Shown: positions 13,414 through 23,472, counted from the first letter of the stretch. The stretch is 64,000 nt of DNA from an uncultured Nitrospiraceae bacterium (GCA_963705105.1 CAVPIW010000009.1:224001-288000), one strand, 5' to 3'. Notes: generated by a model from the letters alone, not told the origin. Numbers and translations are program-made.

Positions 13414-13731
13414 ATGAGCGATGTGCTACGGGTGTCTCCTCAGGAGGCGCGTCAAAAGGTTACTGCCGGTTCGGCGCTGCTCGTTTGTGCATATGAGGAT
13501 GAGGAGAAGTTCAAAGCAATGCGCCTCGACGGGGCCGTGTCATTTAATGAATTCAGGACAAGGGTGGAATCTCTGCCCAGGGACCGGGAAATCATATTCT
13601 ATTGCGCCTGACACCAGGAGGCGAGCGCTGCCCGGCGGGCAGAGGAATATGCGGGTCAGGGTTTTTCGGATGTGAAGGCCCTCGGTGGGGGCGTCAATGC
13701 ATGGAAGGAGGCGGGGTTCCCGGTCCTCTAA
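13414..13731 (+). CDS. Rhodanese-like selenoprotein (UGA 13609-13611 read as Sec), 105 aa
   Basis: The ORF-track protein stops at IIFYCA, the rhodanese active-site loop. Read-through gives U-HQEASAARRAEEYAGQGFSDVKALGGGVNAWKEAGFPVL*, the canonical rhodanese C-terminus (LxGGxxAW). A hairpin follows the UGA. Confidence 0.85.
13612..13642 (+). promoter_or_regulatory. Putative bacterial SECIS element
   Basis: CTGCCC-GGC-GGGCAG stem-loop at 13628-13642 with a loop G 23 nt after the UGA. Confidence 0.6.
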
Positions 13732-13797
13732 CGGGCGGGACGATGAACAGGATGGGGGCGCCATGGCGACGCCCCCCCTTGATAACCTGCAAAACCT

Positions 13798-14235
13798 CTA
13801 CGTCGTCCTGGCGATAACGAGCATTTTCTGCTCCTCTATCAACTGGGCGAGTTTCTTGTGTCTCTTTTCATCTTCGAGAATCGTCTTCAGGAGGAGCTTC
13901 GTCTCTCCGCGGCTTTTTTCGATCGCCTCCGTTGCGATCTCGATCGATTTCTGTTCGAGTTCCACATGCTTGTTGAGAAGCGCCGATACATCCTTCAGCT
14001 CCTCGGGCGCCAGCACGTATCCCTTCTTCGTATGCGCATCGATGATGTGCTGGATCAGCGCCTTGTGTTTCTCGGAATCGTTCTTGATCGACGCGACGAA
14101 TGCAACGATGATGGGATTTTTCGCCTTTCCGAGAATTTTTTCGCAGCTCTTGATCGTCATGTCCTCAATGCCCTTCCATTTTCTGAGCAGTGTCATCAGC
14201 TCCCTGTCACGCTCTGCAACCTTCTCCAACGCCAT
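13798..14235 (-). CDS. Ferritin-like/rubrerythrin-like four-helix protein
   Basis: AAGGAGG RBS before ATG 14235; duplicated E...D(S/E)xxH motifs (IEDMT...DSEKH; LEQKS...DEKRH). Confidence 0.7.
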   Translation of the reverse strand: MALEKVAERDRELMTLLRKWKGIEDMTIKSCEKILGKAKNPIIVAFVASIKNDSEKHKALIQHIIDAHTKKGYVLAPEELKDVSALLNKHVELEQKSIEIATEAIEKSRGETKLLLKTILEDEKRHKKLAQLIEEQKMLVIARTT

Positions 14236-14313
14236 GATGCCCTCCTTTAGGTATGGTGGTCTTCGAACAGCATAATTCCCGATGGAAAAACTCATATACA
14301 AACAACTACTAAC

Positions 14314-14341
14314 ATTATAAGGATTATTGCGCGAAATTCAA
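14314..14341 (-). promoter_or_regulatory. Sigma70-type promoter for the ferritin-like gene
   Basis: TTGAAT-N16-TATAAT on the minus strand. Confidence 0.6.
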
Positions 14342-14387
14342 GGTCTTTTTGCAGGATCGGTCAAAATTAATCCGTCAGCGACAGAAT

Positions 14388-14440
14388 AAAGGCGGGGCGA
14401 AGCACTCTGAAACATAGTGTAAGTGTAAGTGTGAGTGTTT
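14388..14440. repeat. Truncated family 1 element end plus hexamer tract
   Basis: aaaggcggggcgaagcactctgaaacatagtgtaagtgtaagtgtgagtgt, matching 11373-11430. Confidence 0.6.
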
Positions 14441-14472
14441 GATAAATACAATCTGACCTGATAATATACAGT

Positions 14473-14865
14473 ATGCGTTCATTGATCTGTCGATACCGAT
14501 CAGTGCTCAGCCTGCTTATGCTGACTGCATATCTTGTTGTGCCGTTTCTTGACAGCACATTTTGCGCAGATTGCAAAGGGAGCATGCCGTTCAACGGCAA
14601 ATTGGTGATATGTCATCTGGACGCTTCTCATGTCGACGTTACCCCATCTTCAGCCAATATTACCGATTCAGTTGACGGGTCCTCTCCCGGCAAGGAGGCC
14701 AAATCCATTTGCTCGATTTGTGCAAATATGGCAGCCGGGACTTGTTCAAGTCAGTCAGGACCTCTGCATTCTATCGGCTCACAGATCATGCAGCGCACAA
14801 GCTGCATCCCCCTGGAGCCGTCTTATTCAATCAATAAGCCACCTCAAAATTCCATCGTCACATAG
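14473..14865 (+). CDS. CzcI/DUF2946-like small exported protein upstream of czcCBA
   Basis: Signal-like hydrophobic N-terminus, CADC and CSIC motifs, C-terminal INKPP; position just before the TolC gene. Confidence 0.55.
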   Translation: MRSLICRYRSVLSLLMLTAYLVVPFLDSTFCADCKGSMPFNGKLVICHLDASHVDVTPSSANITDSVDGSSPGKEAKSICSICANMAAGTCSSQSGPLHSIGSQIMQRTSCIPLEPSYSINKPPQNSIVT

Positions 14866-14977
14866 TTCCTGCGGGGATTCCGCGTCCTGAGACCGGCCCT
14901 TTTGCCGGTCGGTCTTTCACATTTATGAATTTACCCGTCCTTTGTTTGTAAATATATCTTGTGACGAGGTGCAGCGA

Positions 14978-16207
14978 ATGGTTCAACTTTTGGTTTGCAT
15001 CATATTTATTGTTTTTATCGTTTCTCCTGCCCATTCCCTGACAGTAGAAGCGGCCGTCGATCATGCCTTAAAGAACAATTCCGGCCTTCAAGCCCTCAGG
15101 CTCGAAGAAGAGTCGGCAAAGGGCCGGAATGAAAAGGCGCGGCTTCTTCTTATGAACAACCCAACTATCGAAGGCAGCATTTCGAAGAAGGACAGGCCGG
15201 CGGAGGAGGGAGGCGGCAAATTCACGAACTACGGCTTCAAGCTATCCCAGGAATTCGAGATTGCAGGTCAGAGGAGTGCAAGGATCGATGTTTCTGAGAA
15301 AGAGATCATCAGAGTGCAGTCTGAAATCAGAGACAAAGAGAGGCTTCTGATTTCAGACGTGAAAGACGCTTTTACCAAGGCGCTTGCGCTGAAGAAGAAA
15401 AACGATCTTGCGCGGGAAATTGTCAGACTGCATGAAGAGTTGCTTGGATATACAAAGATCAAGTTTGAGGCAGGCGAACTTTCGGGGCTTGACGTGAACC
15501 TTTCAGAGGTCGAACTGAGCAAGGTAAAAAAAGATCTCCTTCAAGCTGAACGTGAATGCAGGGCTTCGCTGCTCGCCTTGAAGGGACTTCTCGGCTTATC
15601 GCCTGACATGTCCTATGCCGTCGAGGGCGATCTGCCCTCGGAAGCGCCGACAATGCCTGACAGGGAAGCAATGAAGGCACTGGCACTTTCTAATCGGCCT
15701 GACTCAAAAGCGGCAGCATTTGAGATGGAAAAGACACAGTCCGCGCTGGACTTGATAAAGAAGGAAGCCGTCCCGAACATAACGCTGTCGGGGTTTTATG
15801 ATAAAGATGAAGGGAACAATGAGGTGGGCCTGGCGATTTCGATCCCGCTGCCGTTGTTTGACAGGAAGCAGGCCGAAAAGAAAGAGGCATTTGCAAAGGC
15901 GGAAGGGGCAAAGATAAAGGCAGCAGGCCGAAATAACAACATAGAGCGGGAGGTCGACCAGGCTTTGAACGACATCTCATCTGCCATCGAGGAGCTTTCG
16001 CTCTTCAGGAAAGAGATACTCATAAAGGCCGCCGAGAATCTGAAGCTTCTCAACCTCGCCTTCAAGGAAGGAAAGATCGGTTTTTTTGAGGTGCGGCTCG
16101 CGCAGAAGGACACCATCGAAGCACAGTTAGCCTATATTGAAGCGCAGACGAGAACGCAACTCGCACTTAACGCGATAGAGAAGACCACAGGGGGTGCGGT
16201 GAAATGA
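14978..16207 (+). CDS. czcC: TolC-family outer membrane efflux protein (CzcC-like)
   Basis: Signal peptide, OEP repeats (LSQEFEIAGQR, ISIPLPLFDR); overlaps the MFP gene; GAGGTG RBS before ATG 14978. Confidence 0.85.
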   Translation: MVQLLVCIIFIVFIVSPAHSLTVEAAVDHALKNNSGLQALRLEEESAKGRNEKARLLLMNNPTIEGSISKKDRPAEEGGGKFTNYGFKLSQEFEIAGQRSARIDVSEKEIIRVQSEIRDKERLLISDVKDAFTKALALKKKNDLAREIVRLHEELLGYTKIKFEAGELSGLDVNLSEVELSKVKKDLLQAERECRASLLALKGLLGLSPDMSYAVEGDLPSEAPTMPDREAMKALALSNRPDSKAAAFEMEKTQSALDLIKKEAVPNITLSGFYDKDEGNNEVGLAISIPLPLFDRKQAEKKEAFAKAEGAKIKAAGRNNNIEREVDQALNDISSAIEELSLFRKEILIKAAENLKLLNLAFKEGKIGFFEVRLAQKDTIEAQLAYIEAQTRTQLALNAIEKTTGGAVK

Positions 16208-17445
16208 TGATACAGAAGAACGACGCCGGGTATGGACTGTTTGCAGTGATCCTCATCGTCCTGAGTACCGCTCTGTTGCTGACGGGATGCGGGAGAGGAG
16301 AAGCGCCAAAAGAAGGGAAGCAGGCAACGGCCGAGAAGAAGGAAGACAGCCACGAAGGAGAACACGGAGGAGACGAGCCCGGTGTTGTGTCGCTTTCACC
16401 TGAAAAGCAGAAGTCTTCAGGAATAGGGGTCAAGGCGGTGGCCCTTGAAGATATGGCTGTGCCTCTCTCTGCAACGGCTGTGATAGAGATGAATATGGAC
16501 CGGTCCGCGAAGATCAGCCCAAGAGTGACAGGAAAGGCGGTCAGGATCATGGCATCGCAGGGCGACAGGGTGAAGGCAGGCCAGGCCCTTGCCTATCTCG
16601 ACAGCCTGGAGCTTGATCAGGCGTGGGCCGACTATCTCAAGGCACAGGGAAAGGTCGAGCTTGCGAGGAAGAACCTCGATCGCGAGCAATCACTGTTTGA
16701 GAAGAAGGTATGTCCCGAAAAGGATGTTTTGAAGGCGAAGCAGGAATTTGGAGAGGCAGAGGCTGACCTCAACCTTGCAAAGGAGCGCTTCAAAATGCTC
16801 GGCGTCAATGTTTCGCAGTTCGAGGCAACAAAAGGCAACGGCAATCACCCTCTCATTCCTGTCACGACACCGGTAGGCGGCGTGGTGATCGAAAAGGCGG
16901 TCACCCAGGGAGAGGTTGTGAATTCCGAGAAAGTGCTCTTCACGGTTGCAGACCTCTCGACCCTTTGGGTGGTGATCGATGTATACGAAAAGGATATTTC
17001 CCGTCTCAGGCTCGGCACAGGCGTGAAAGCGTCGGTGACCGCTTTTCCGGACAAGACGTTCAGGGGAAAGATTTCCTATGTCAGCGCCGTGGTGGATGAG
17101 AAAACACGGACGGAAAAGGCGCGGGTGACGATAGAAAACTCACGCGGCCTGCTCAAACCCGGCATGTTTGCGACCGTCCTCACCGAGGCGGCAACGGGCG
17201 GGACTGAAAGGCTTATTGCCGTCCCTGAAGAAGCAGTGCTTATCGACGGCACCAAGAGTTATGTCTTCATTCAGACTGCCCCTGACAAGTTCAAAAGGAG
17301 AGATATAGAAACCGGCAGGACGCTGGGTAAGCGAGTGGAAGTAACCTCGGGGCTCAAGGAAGGAGAGCCGATCGCCGTCAAGGGAGCGTTCATACTGAAG
17401 TCGGAGATGAAGAAAGGCGAACTTGTCGACGAGCACGGGCATTAA
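16204..17445 (+). CDS. czcB: RND periplasmic adaptor subunit (CzcB-like)
   Basis: Lipoprotein-like LTGC, His-rich SHEGEHG and HGH, GDRVKAGQAL, VADLSTLWV, LKPGMFA. Confidence 0.88.
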   Translation: MMIQKNDAGYGLFAVILIVLSTALLLTGCGRGEAPKEGKQATAEKKEDSHEGEHGGDEPGVVSLSPEKQKSSGIGVKAVALEDMAVPLSATAVIEMNMDRSAKISPRVTGKAVRIMASQGDRVKAGQALAYLDSLELDQAWADYLKAQGKVELARKNLDREQSLFEKKVCPEKDVLKAKQEFGEAEADLNLAKERFKMLGVNVSQFEATKGNGNHPLIPVTTPVGGVVIEKAVTQGEVVNSEKVLFTVADLSTLWVVIDVYEKDISRLRLGTGVKASVTAFPDKTFRGKISYVSAVVDEKTRTEKARVTIENSRGLLKPGMFATVLTEAATGGTERLIAVPEEAVLIDGTKSYVFIQTAPDKFKRRDIETGRTLGKRVEVTSGLKEGEPIAVKGAFILKSEMKKGELVDEHGH

Positions 17446-17475
17446 ACGACTCATGATGAACGGGGGTTAATCGGT

Positions 17476-20400
17476 ATGTTGGAAAAACTCATCGCATATA
17501 CGCTGAAGCAGAGAGGAATGGTCATTTTCCTTGCACTGTCGATCATCATAGTCGGCGTTTATTCATATCTGAGATTACCGATCGATGCTTTTCCGGATGT
17601 GACGAACATCCAGGTTGAGGTTATCAGTCATGCCGACGGACTATCGGCAATAGAGATCGAGCGAAATGTAACCTACCCGATAGAAATGGCAATGCGGGGG
17701 TTGCCTGACATCGAACAGATGCGCTCGGTTACCAAGTTCGGTCTGTCAATCGTAACCATTGTATTCAAGGACGACGTTGATATCTATTTCGCGCGGCAGC
17801 TTGTTTTTGAGCGATTGGCGGAAGCGAGAGAAAAGGTCCCGAAAGGCGTTGAAATTGCCATGGGCCCGATCGGCACGGCAATGGGTGAAATCTATCAATA
17901 TACCCTCGAAGGAGACATGCCGAAAGACCCGCTCCGGAAAATAGCCTATCTGACGAACCTGAGAACCATCCAGGAGTGGATTATCACCCCGCAGCTGAAG
18001 AGCGTCGCCGGAGTGAATGAGATAAATTCATTCGGCGGATACTTCAAACAGTATCAGGTCGTCGTATCGCCGGAAAGCCTGTTGAAGTATGGCGTAACAG
18101 TCGATGACGTTTATGCTGCCATCGGAAACAATAATCAGAACGTCGGCGGCAACATCCTCGAACGGGAGACGGATCAATATATCGTTCGCGGTGTTGGTTT
18201 GATTAAGGATGTCGGCGATATAGAAAGAATCGTCCTGAAATCACAGCACGGAGCACCGACGTATATCCGGGATGTCGCTCAGGTAAAGGTCGGCGAAGCC
18301 GTCCGCATGGGCGCAGCCATGAAGAACGGCAAAGACGAGGCTGTCGGCGGCATCGTCATGATGCTGCGCGGCGAGAACAGCCGGGAGGTGGTCAGCCGGG
18401 TAGCGGCAAAAGTCAAAGAACTCAATGAAAACAATATCCTCCCTGAGGGTATCCGGATAGTGCCCTATTACGATAGAAGCGATATTGTGCGCGCGAGCGT
18501 CGCCACGGTAAACAAAGCCCTGATCGAAGGCTCTATCCTCGTGTTGATCGTGCTGTATCTGTTGCTGAACAGTTTCAGGGGAAGCTTTGTCGTTCTTGTC
18601 GCGTTGCCTCTTTCGCTGCTTGCGACTTTTATCGTGATGAAACTCCTCGGCATCAGCGCAAATCTGATGTCGCTCGGTGGTCTTGCGATCTCGATCGGGA
18701 TGATAATAGACACGACAATCATTCAGGTCGAAAACGTGCAGCGGCACCTGAGCGAAGAGGGTGATCGCCATTCCAAATTATTTACCGTGCTCAAAGCAGT
18801 GATGGAGGTGAGAAAGCCGAGCATCTTCGGCGAGCTTATTATTGCGATCACTTTCATACCGATTATTTCCCTGGAAGGCATAGAGGGAAAGATGTTCAGC
18901 CCGCTGGCAATAACCGTCGCGATTGCTCTCCTTTCGTCGTTGTTCCTTTCCGTATTTGTCATTCCCGTTCTCTGCATACTGTTTCTGAAACCGCAGCCGG
19001 AAAAGGAAAGCGTCATCATGAAGTACGCAAAGAACGGGTATGTGCCGCTCCTGGAATACGCTATGAACAGGAAAAAAACAATACTGGGAATTGCCGCAGG
19101 TCTGCTCATCGTATCCCTGTTTCTCGTAACAAGATTAGGGACTGAGTTTGTCCCGACGATGGATGAAGGTTCGTTTGACATGGATGTGTCCATGCTGCCG
19201 GGTGTTTCCCTCGCGACGGCACTGGAAGCGAATAAACGCGCCGCGGAAAAGCTGAAGGAATTTGATGAACTCGATGTGGTGGTGTCGCGGACAGGTCAGA
19301 CAGGGGTTGCGCTGGATACCAGGGGATCGGACAAGACCGGGTATGTCGGCATATTCAAGCCGAAGAGTGAATGGAAACGGGATATTTCAAAAGAAGAACT
19401 GACAAATGAAATGCGCAAGTCGTTGGAATCGATAGCCGGTATCACTTTCGGCTTCAGCCAGCCGATTCAGTGCAGAATTGACGAGCTCGTAGCAGGAACG
19501 CGCGCACAACTGATTGTGAAGCTGTTTGGCGAAGATATCAACGTCCTCAGTGAAAAGTCGGCGGAAATAGCGAAAGTGCTCTCCACCATAAGGGGAGGGA
19601 CGGATCTGAATACTGAAAAGGTCTCCGGGCAGCCCTATCTGACGATTAATATCGATCGGGCCAAAATAGCACGGTATGGCCTGAATATCAGCGACGTTCA
19701 GAATGTAATCGAAATAGCCGTTGCGGGGAAATCCGCCTCCAAATTCTATGAAGAGAACCGGAGCTTTGACATAACGGTCCGTCTGCCGGAAGAAAAAAGG
19801 AACTCCCTCGAGTCGATCAGAAATCTGTTGGTTATCACAAAGTCGGGCTTGAATATCCCGCTGCAACAGCTTGCCGAAGTAAAACTGATCGAAGGCCCGG
19901 TCCAGATAAGCCGCCAGGACGGAGTCAGGAGAATAGGCATCGAGATGAATGTAAGCGGCAGAGATATCGGCAGTTTCGTTGCAGAGGCAAAGCAGAGGAT
20001 AAAAGAGAGCGTCAAGTTGCCGCCCGGCTATTACCTGACGTGGGGCGGACAATTTGAGAACCAACAGAGAGCGATGAAAAAAATGATGATCATCGGTCCT
20101 GTTGCAGTCGGATTGATAATGCTGCTCCTGTACGTCACATTCAGATCGGTCCGCCTGGCGCTGCTGGTAATTTCCAATCTCCCCTTTGCTCTGATTGGCG
20201 GGATTTTCTCTCTGTATATATCCGGGCAATACTTGTCAGTGCCTGCATCCGTCGGCTTTGTCGTTTTGTTCGGTGTTGCCGTGTTAAACGGCCTTGTGCT
20301 GGTGTCGCGCATCTCGCAATTGCGTGAAGAGGGACTTGATCTTCAGGAAGCGATCAGGAAGGGCAGTCTTGACAGATTGCGACCGGTATTGATGACCGCA

Positions 20401-20580
20401 TCAATAGCCGTTTTCAGTTTGATGCCGATGCTGCTTGCCGGAGGAACCGGTTCTGAAATACAGAGACCTCTTGCAACAGTTGTTGTAGGGGGGCTCATTA
20501 CTTCAACGATGCTCACGCTGTTAATCATTCCGGCGGTTTACAGCTGGTTTGAAAGCATAAAGGTTGAATCGGATATGTAA
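17476..20580 (+). CDS. czcA: Heavy-metal efflux RND permease (CusA/CzcA family)
   Basis: LPIDAFPDVTN, NLMSLGGLAI, EGKMFSPLA, RLRPVLMTA, GSEIQRPLATVVVGG. Confidence 0.93.
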   Translation: MLEKLIAYTLKQRGMVIFLALSIIIVGVYSYLRLPIDAFPDVTNIQVEVISHADGLSAIEIERNVTYPIEMAMRGLPDIEQMRSVTKFGLSIVTIVFKDDVDIYFARQLVFERLAEAREKVPKGVEIAMGPIGTAMGEIYQYTLEGDMPKDPLRKIAYLTNLRTIQEWIITPQLKSVAGVNEINSFGGYFKQYQVVVSPESLLKYGVTVDDVYAAIGNNNQNVGGNILERETDQYIVRGVGLIKDVGDIERIVLKSQHGAPTYIRDVAQVKVGEAVRMGAAMKNGKDEAVGGIVMMLRGENSREVVSRVAAKVKELNENNILPEGIRIVPYYDRSDIVRASVATVNKALIEGSILVLIVLYLLLNSFRGSFVVLVALPLSLLATFIVMKLLGISANLMSLGGLAISIGMIIDTTIIQVENVQRHLSEEGDRHSKLFTVLKAVMEVRKPSIFGELIIAITFIPIISLEGIEGKMFSPLAITVAIALLSSLFLSVFVIPVLCILFLKPQPEKESVIMKYAKNGYVPLLEYAMNRKKTILGIAAGLLIVSLFLVTRLGTEFVPTMDEGSFDMDVSMLPGVSLATALEANKRAAEKLKEFDELDVVVSRTGQTGVALDTRGSDKTGYVGIFKPKSEWKRDISKEELTNEMRKSLESIAGITFGFSQPIQCRIDELVAGTRAQLIVKLFGEDINVLSEKSAEIAKVLSTIRGGTDLNTEKVSGQPYLTINIDRAKIARYGLNISDVQNVIEIAVAGKSASKFYEENRSFDITVRLPEEKRNSLESIRNLLVITKSGLNIPLQQLAEVKLIEGPVQISRQDGVRRIGIEMNVSGRDIGSFVAEAKQRIKESVKLPPGYYLTWGGQFENQQRAMKKMMIIGPVAVGLIMLLLYVTFRSVRLALLVISNLPFALIGGIFSLYISGQYLSVPASVGFVVLFGVAVLNGLVLVSRISQLREEGLDLQEAIRKGSLDRLRPVLMTASIAVFSLMPMLLAGGTGSEIQRPLATVVVGGLITSTMLTLLIIPAVYSWFESIKVESDM

Positions 20581-20792
20581 CCTTATCGTTGCAATGCACG
20601 CCCGGGAAAGGCGGGGCGCATGCGCCGAAAACCTTGCTGCGGCGACACCTGTATCAAAACGAAAGATGAACTATACGCTAATGGTCGATGACACAAAGAG
20701 TGAAATCCTGAAACACGAAGATGACGAGGCGTATCGTCGCCTTCAGCAAGGCTTTGAGGCGTTTCGCCCCGCCTTTCAATGCAACTAAAGGG
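20581..20792 (+). mobile_element. 212-bp MITE (family 1), copy A1
   Basis: Long imperfect inverted repeats; flanked by TGTAA on both sides; near-identical to 43400-43611. Confidence 0.85.
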
Positions 20793-20828
20793 TGTAATTG
20801 AGCTGCTCCGGACGCCTCAAGCTCTTAT

Positions 20829-23183
20829 TCACGCATGCTTCAGCAGCTCGCGGACAATAGAGGCCTGGCCGAGAGAGATGCAGCCGTCATTGGCAGGAAG
20901 ATAACGGTGCGTATGAACGGACAACCCGGCGGACCGGAGCTGATGAACGGTTCGTCCGAGGAGATAGGCGTTCTGAAAAACGCCGCCGCTCAATGCGACT
21001 TTGCGGAGACCATGCTGCTCCGACAGGCGCAGGACGACCCCGGTGATCACCTTGCAGAGGGTGTTGTGAAATGTGCGGGAGATGACGGAAGGTTCGACCT
21101 TTCTCCTCCTGTCTTCAAGAACTGCAAGGATCAGGGGCGAAAAATCAACGGTGACCGGGTCCCCCCCGATGATCACGAAGGGATAGACATCGTCAGGTTG
21201 ACCGGTGTGCACGATCCGGCTCTCGAGGGCGATGGCAGCCTCGCCTTCGAAGGTGTTTTCAAGGCAGACCCCGGCAAGGGACGACACGGCGTCGAAGAGA
21301 CGCCCCGCGCCTGACGAAAGAGGAGACAGCCGGTCCTGGCCGAGGACCTTCAGGATGTTCACGATCCTTTCCCTGCCGAATGTTGCCGCAAGTCCCGCCT
21401 CTTCGAGAATCGCCAGCGTCTCTTCGTGCCCTGCCGCAGCCCTCACATAACTGACCGCCGTCCTCCAGCATTCCCTGATGGCCCGCTCGCCACCGGGGAG
21501 CGGGATAGGACGAAAGTGTGCCAGCCTCCGGAATTCCCTGCCGTTGCAAAGCATGAACTCACTTCCCCAGATATGTCCGTCCGTCCCGTATCCCGTGCCG
21601 TCGAAAGCGACACCGATGACGGAACCACCGATGCCTTCCTCGGCCATGACGGAGGCGATATGGGCATGGTGGTGTTGCACGCCCGTACAGGGCAGCCCCC
21701 TTTGAGCGCCGGCGCGGAGTGCCCACTGCGTCGAGAGATACCGGGGATGGAGGTCGTGGGCGATTGCCACGGGTCGGGCACGATAGACCTTCTCCAGATT
21801 CCCCAGGCTTTCTTCGAAAAAGCGGAGGGTCTCGACGTTTTCCATGTCGCCGATGTGCTGACTCACGATTGCGTACCGTCCCCGCGTGATCGTGAAGGTG
21901 TTCTTGATATCGGCGCCGCAACCGAGCACGTCGGGACCGTCTTCGGGAAGCATGATCGGCTCGGGGACATAGCCCCGGGCGCGCCTGAAAAAGTGGAGCC
22001 CCCTTTGCTGCTCTCCGCCCGGGTCCGCATCGACAGGGGAAATCTGCAGGACCGAATCATCGACCCTCATGAAGATATCCCTGTTGTGAAGCAGGAATGC
22101 GTCGGCGATCCCGGAGAGTCGCGTCAGGGCATCGGTGTTTCCCACGACGATCGGTTCCTCGGAAAGGTTTCCGCTCGTCATGACGAGGGCGTCGAAGTGC
22201 GGCTCCACACTTCCCGTGCGCGGGCTGAAGGGATGATGAAAAAGGAGGTGATGGAGCGGCACATAGGGCAGCATAAAGCCGAGGAAGGAGTTATTGGGTG
22301 CGACGGCGCCGGGCAGTCCGCCTCCGTCCCTCTTCCGGAAAAGCACGATCGGCCTTGTCCTGCCCTGGAGCAGCCGGGCTTCGTCATCGCTGACATGGCA
22401 GAACCTGCCGATGCTCCTGAGGGACGGGGCCATGAGCGCGAAGGGCTTGTTGACTCTTCTCTTCCTCTCCCTAAGACGCTCCACGGCTCCGCTATTCGAG
22501 GCGTCGCAGCAGAGATGAAACCCTCCCAACCCCTTGACAGCGATGATCGCGCCTTCCCTGAGCGCAGCGATGGCAGAGGCGATCGGATCCCGCCCCGTAC
22601 CCGCGCCGCGCCCGTCCTCCGGTGCGACGAACTCGACGGAGGGACCGCAGACGGGACAGGCATTGGGCTGCGCATGGAAACGCCTGTCCAGCGGGTCATG
22701 ATATTCCCTGAGGCATGACAGGCACTGCTCGAAGACCGCCATCGTCGTATTCGGCCTGTCGTAGGGAACGGCCCTCGTGATGGTGTAGCGGGGACCGCAG
22801 TTCGTGCAGTTGATGAAGGGATAGAGGTAGCGCCTGTCGGAGGGATCGAACATCTCCCTGATGCAATCATCGCAGACCGCCACGTCCGGAGAAATGAGGG
22901 TGAACAGGCCCTCATCGACGCTGTCGAGGATGCGGAATCCCTCGTCCCCTGTGACGGGAATTTCTTCCGTCGCAATCTCATCGATCCTGCTGAGCGGCGG
23001 CGCTTCCTGCCTCAGTGCAACAAGAAAGGACGACGTCTCCTCTCCCTCTACCTCGATGACAACACCCTGCGAGGTGTTGATGACCGATCCCCTAAGGTTG
23101 TGCCGCAGGGCGAGGGTGTAGACGAAGGGCCTGAAGCCGACGCCCTGAACGATGCCGCGCACAATGATCCTGAGACGCTTCAT
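20829..23183 (-). CDS. hypF: Hydrogenase maturation carbamoyltransferase HypF
   Basis: Acylphosphatase GIVQGVGFRPF, zinc fingers CDDC/CTNCGPR/CPVCGP, KGLGGFHL, QHHHAH, FDGTGYG, PANDGCISLGQ. Confidence 0.96.
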   Translation of the reverse strand: MKRLRIIVRGIVQGVGFRPFVYTLALRHNLRGSVINTSQGVVIEVEGEETSSFLVALRQEAPPLSRIDEIATEEIPVTGDEGFRILDSVDEGLFTLISPDVAVCDDCIREMFDPSDRRYLYPFINCTNCGPRYTITRAVPYDRPNTTMAVFEQCLSCLREYHDPLDRRFHAQPNACPVCGPSVEFVAPEDGRGAGTGRDPIASAIAALREGAIIAVKGLGGFHLCCDASNSGAVERLRERKRRVNKPFALMAPSLRSIGRFCHVSDDEARLLQGRTRPIVLFRKRDGGGLPGAVAPNNSFLGFMLPYVPLHHLLFHHPFSPRTGSVEPHFDALVMTSGNLSEEPIVVGNTDALTRLSGIADAFLLHNRDIFMRVDDSVLQISPVDADPGGEQQRGLHFFRRARGYVPEPIMLPEDGPDVLGCGADIKNTFTITRGRYAIVSQHIGDMENVETLRFFEESLGNLEKVYRARPVAIAHDLHPRYLSTQWALRAGAQRGLPCTGVQHHHAHIASVMAEEGIGGSVIGVAFDGTGYGTDGHIWGSEFMLCNGREFRRLAHFRPIPLPGGERAIRECWRTAVSYVRAAAGHEETLAILEEAGLAATFGRERIVNILKVLGQDRLSPLSSGAGRLFDAVSSLAGVCLENTFEGEAAIALESRIVHTGQPDDVYPFVIIGGDPVTVDFSPLILAVLEDRRRKVEPSVISRTFHNTLCKVITGVVLRLSEQHGLRKVALSGGVFQNAYLLGRTVHQLRSAGLSVHTHRYLPANDGCISLGQASIVRELLKHA

Positions 23184-23273
23184 GGGCGATTATCTTCCGG
23201 GACACTCATATCCAAAATAACTTACAGCGAGACCTTGAAAACGAGGATAGTGTTTGGTTTCTGAAGCATAATT

Positions 23274-23472
23274 CACGGTTGCCTTGCACGAAAAGACGGT
23301 GCAAAACGCCTCTGAAAAACAGTGTCAGTGTCAGTGTGAGTGTCCGTAAAAGGTTAATTTTGTTTGATCGTTGGTCTGCAATGGTCTGTATGGGAAGGCA
23401 GAGGTTTCGCAGCACCGATGCTTTTCGGCGCATTCGCCCCGTCTTTCCCGCGAGCGTATTGCAACGATACGG
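23274..23472. mobile_element. Diverged MITE-like element (family 1 ends, hexamer-tract interior)
   Basis: Collinear with 4174-4371; ends cgccccgtctttcccgcgagcgtattgcaacgatacgg. Confidence 0.7.

Noticed and set aside
20564..20788. 74-aa ORF (…CAENLAAATPVSKRK…) that recurs at 43245-43715 and in the tail of 46540-47649
   Set aside because: It is the translation of the 212-bp MITE. The inverted copy at 45979-46190 has an in-frame TAG, and there is no consistent start or RBS.
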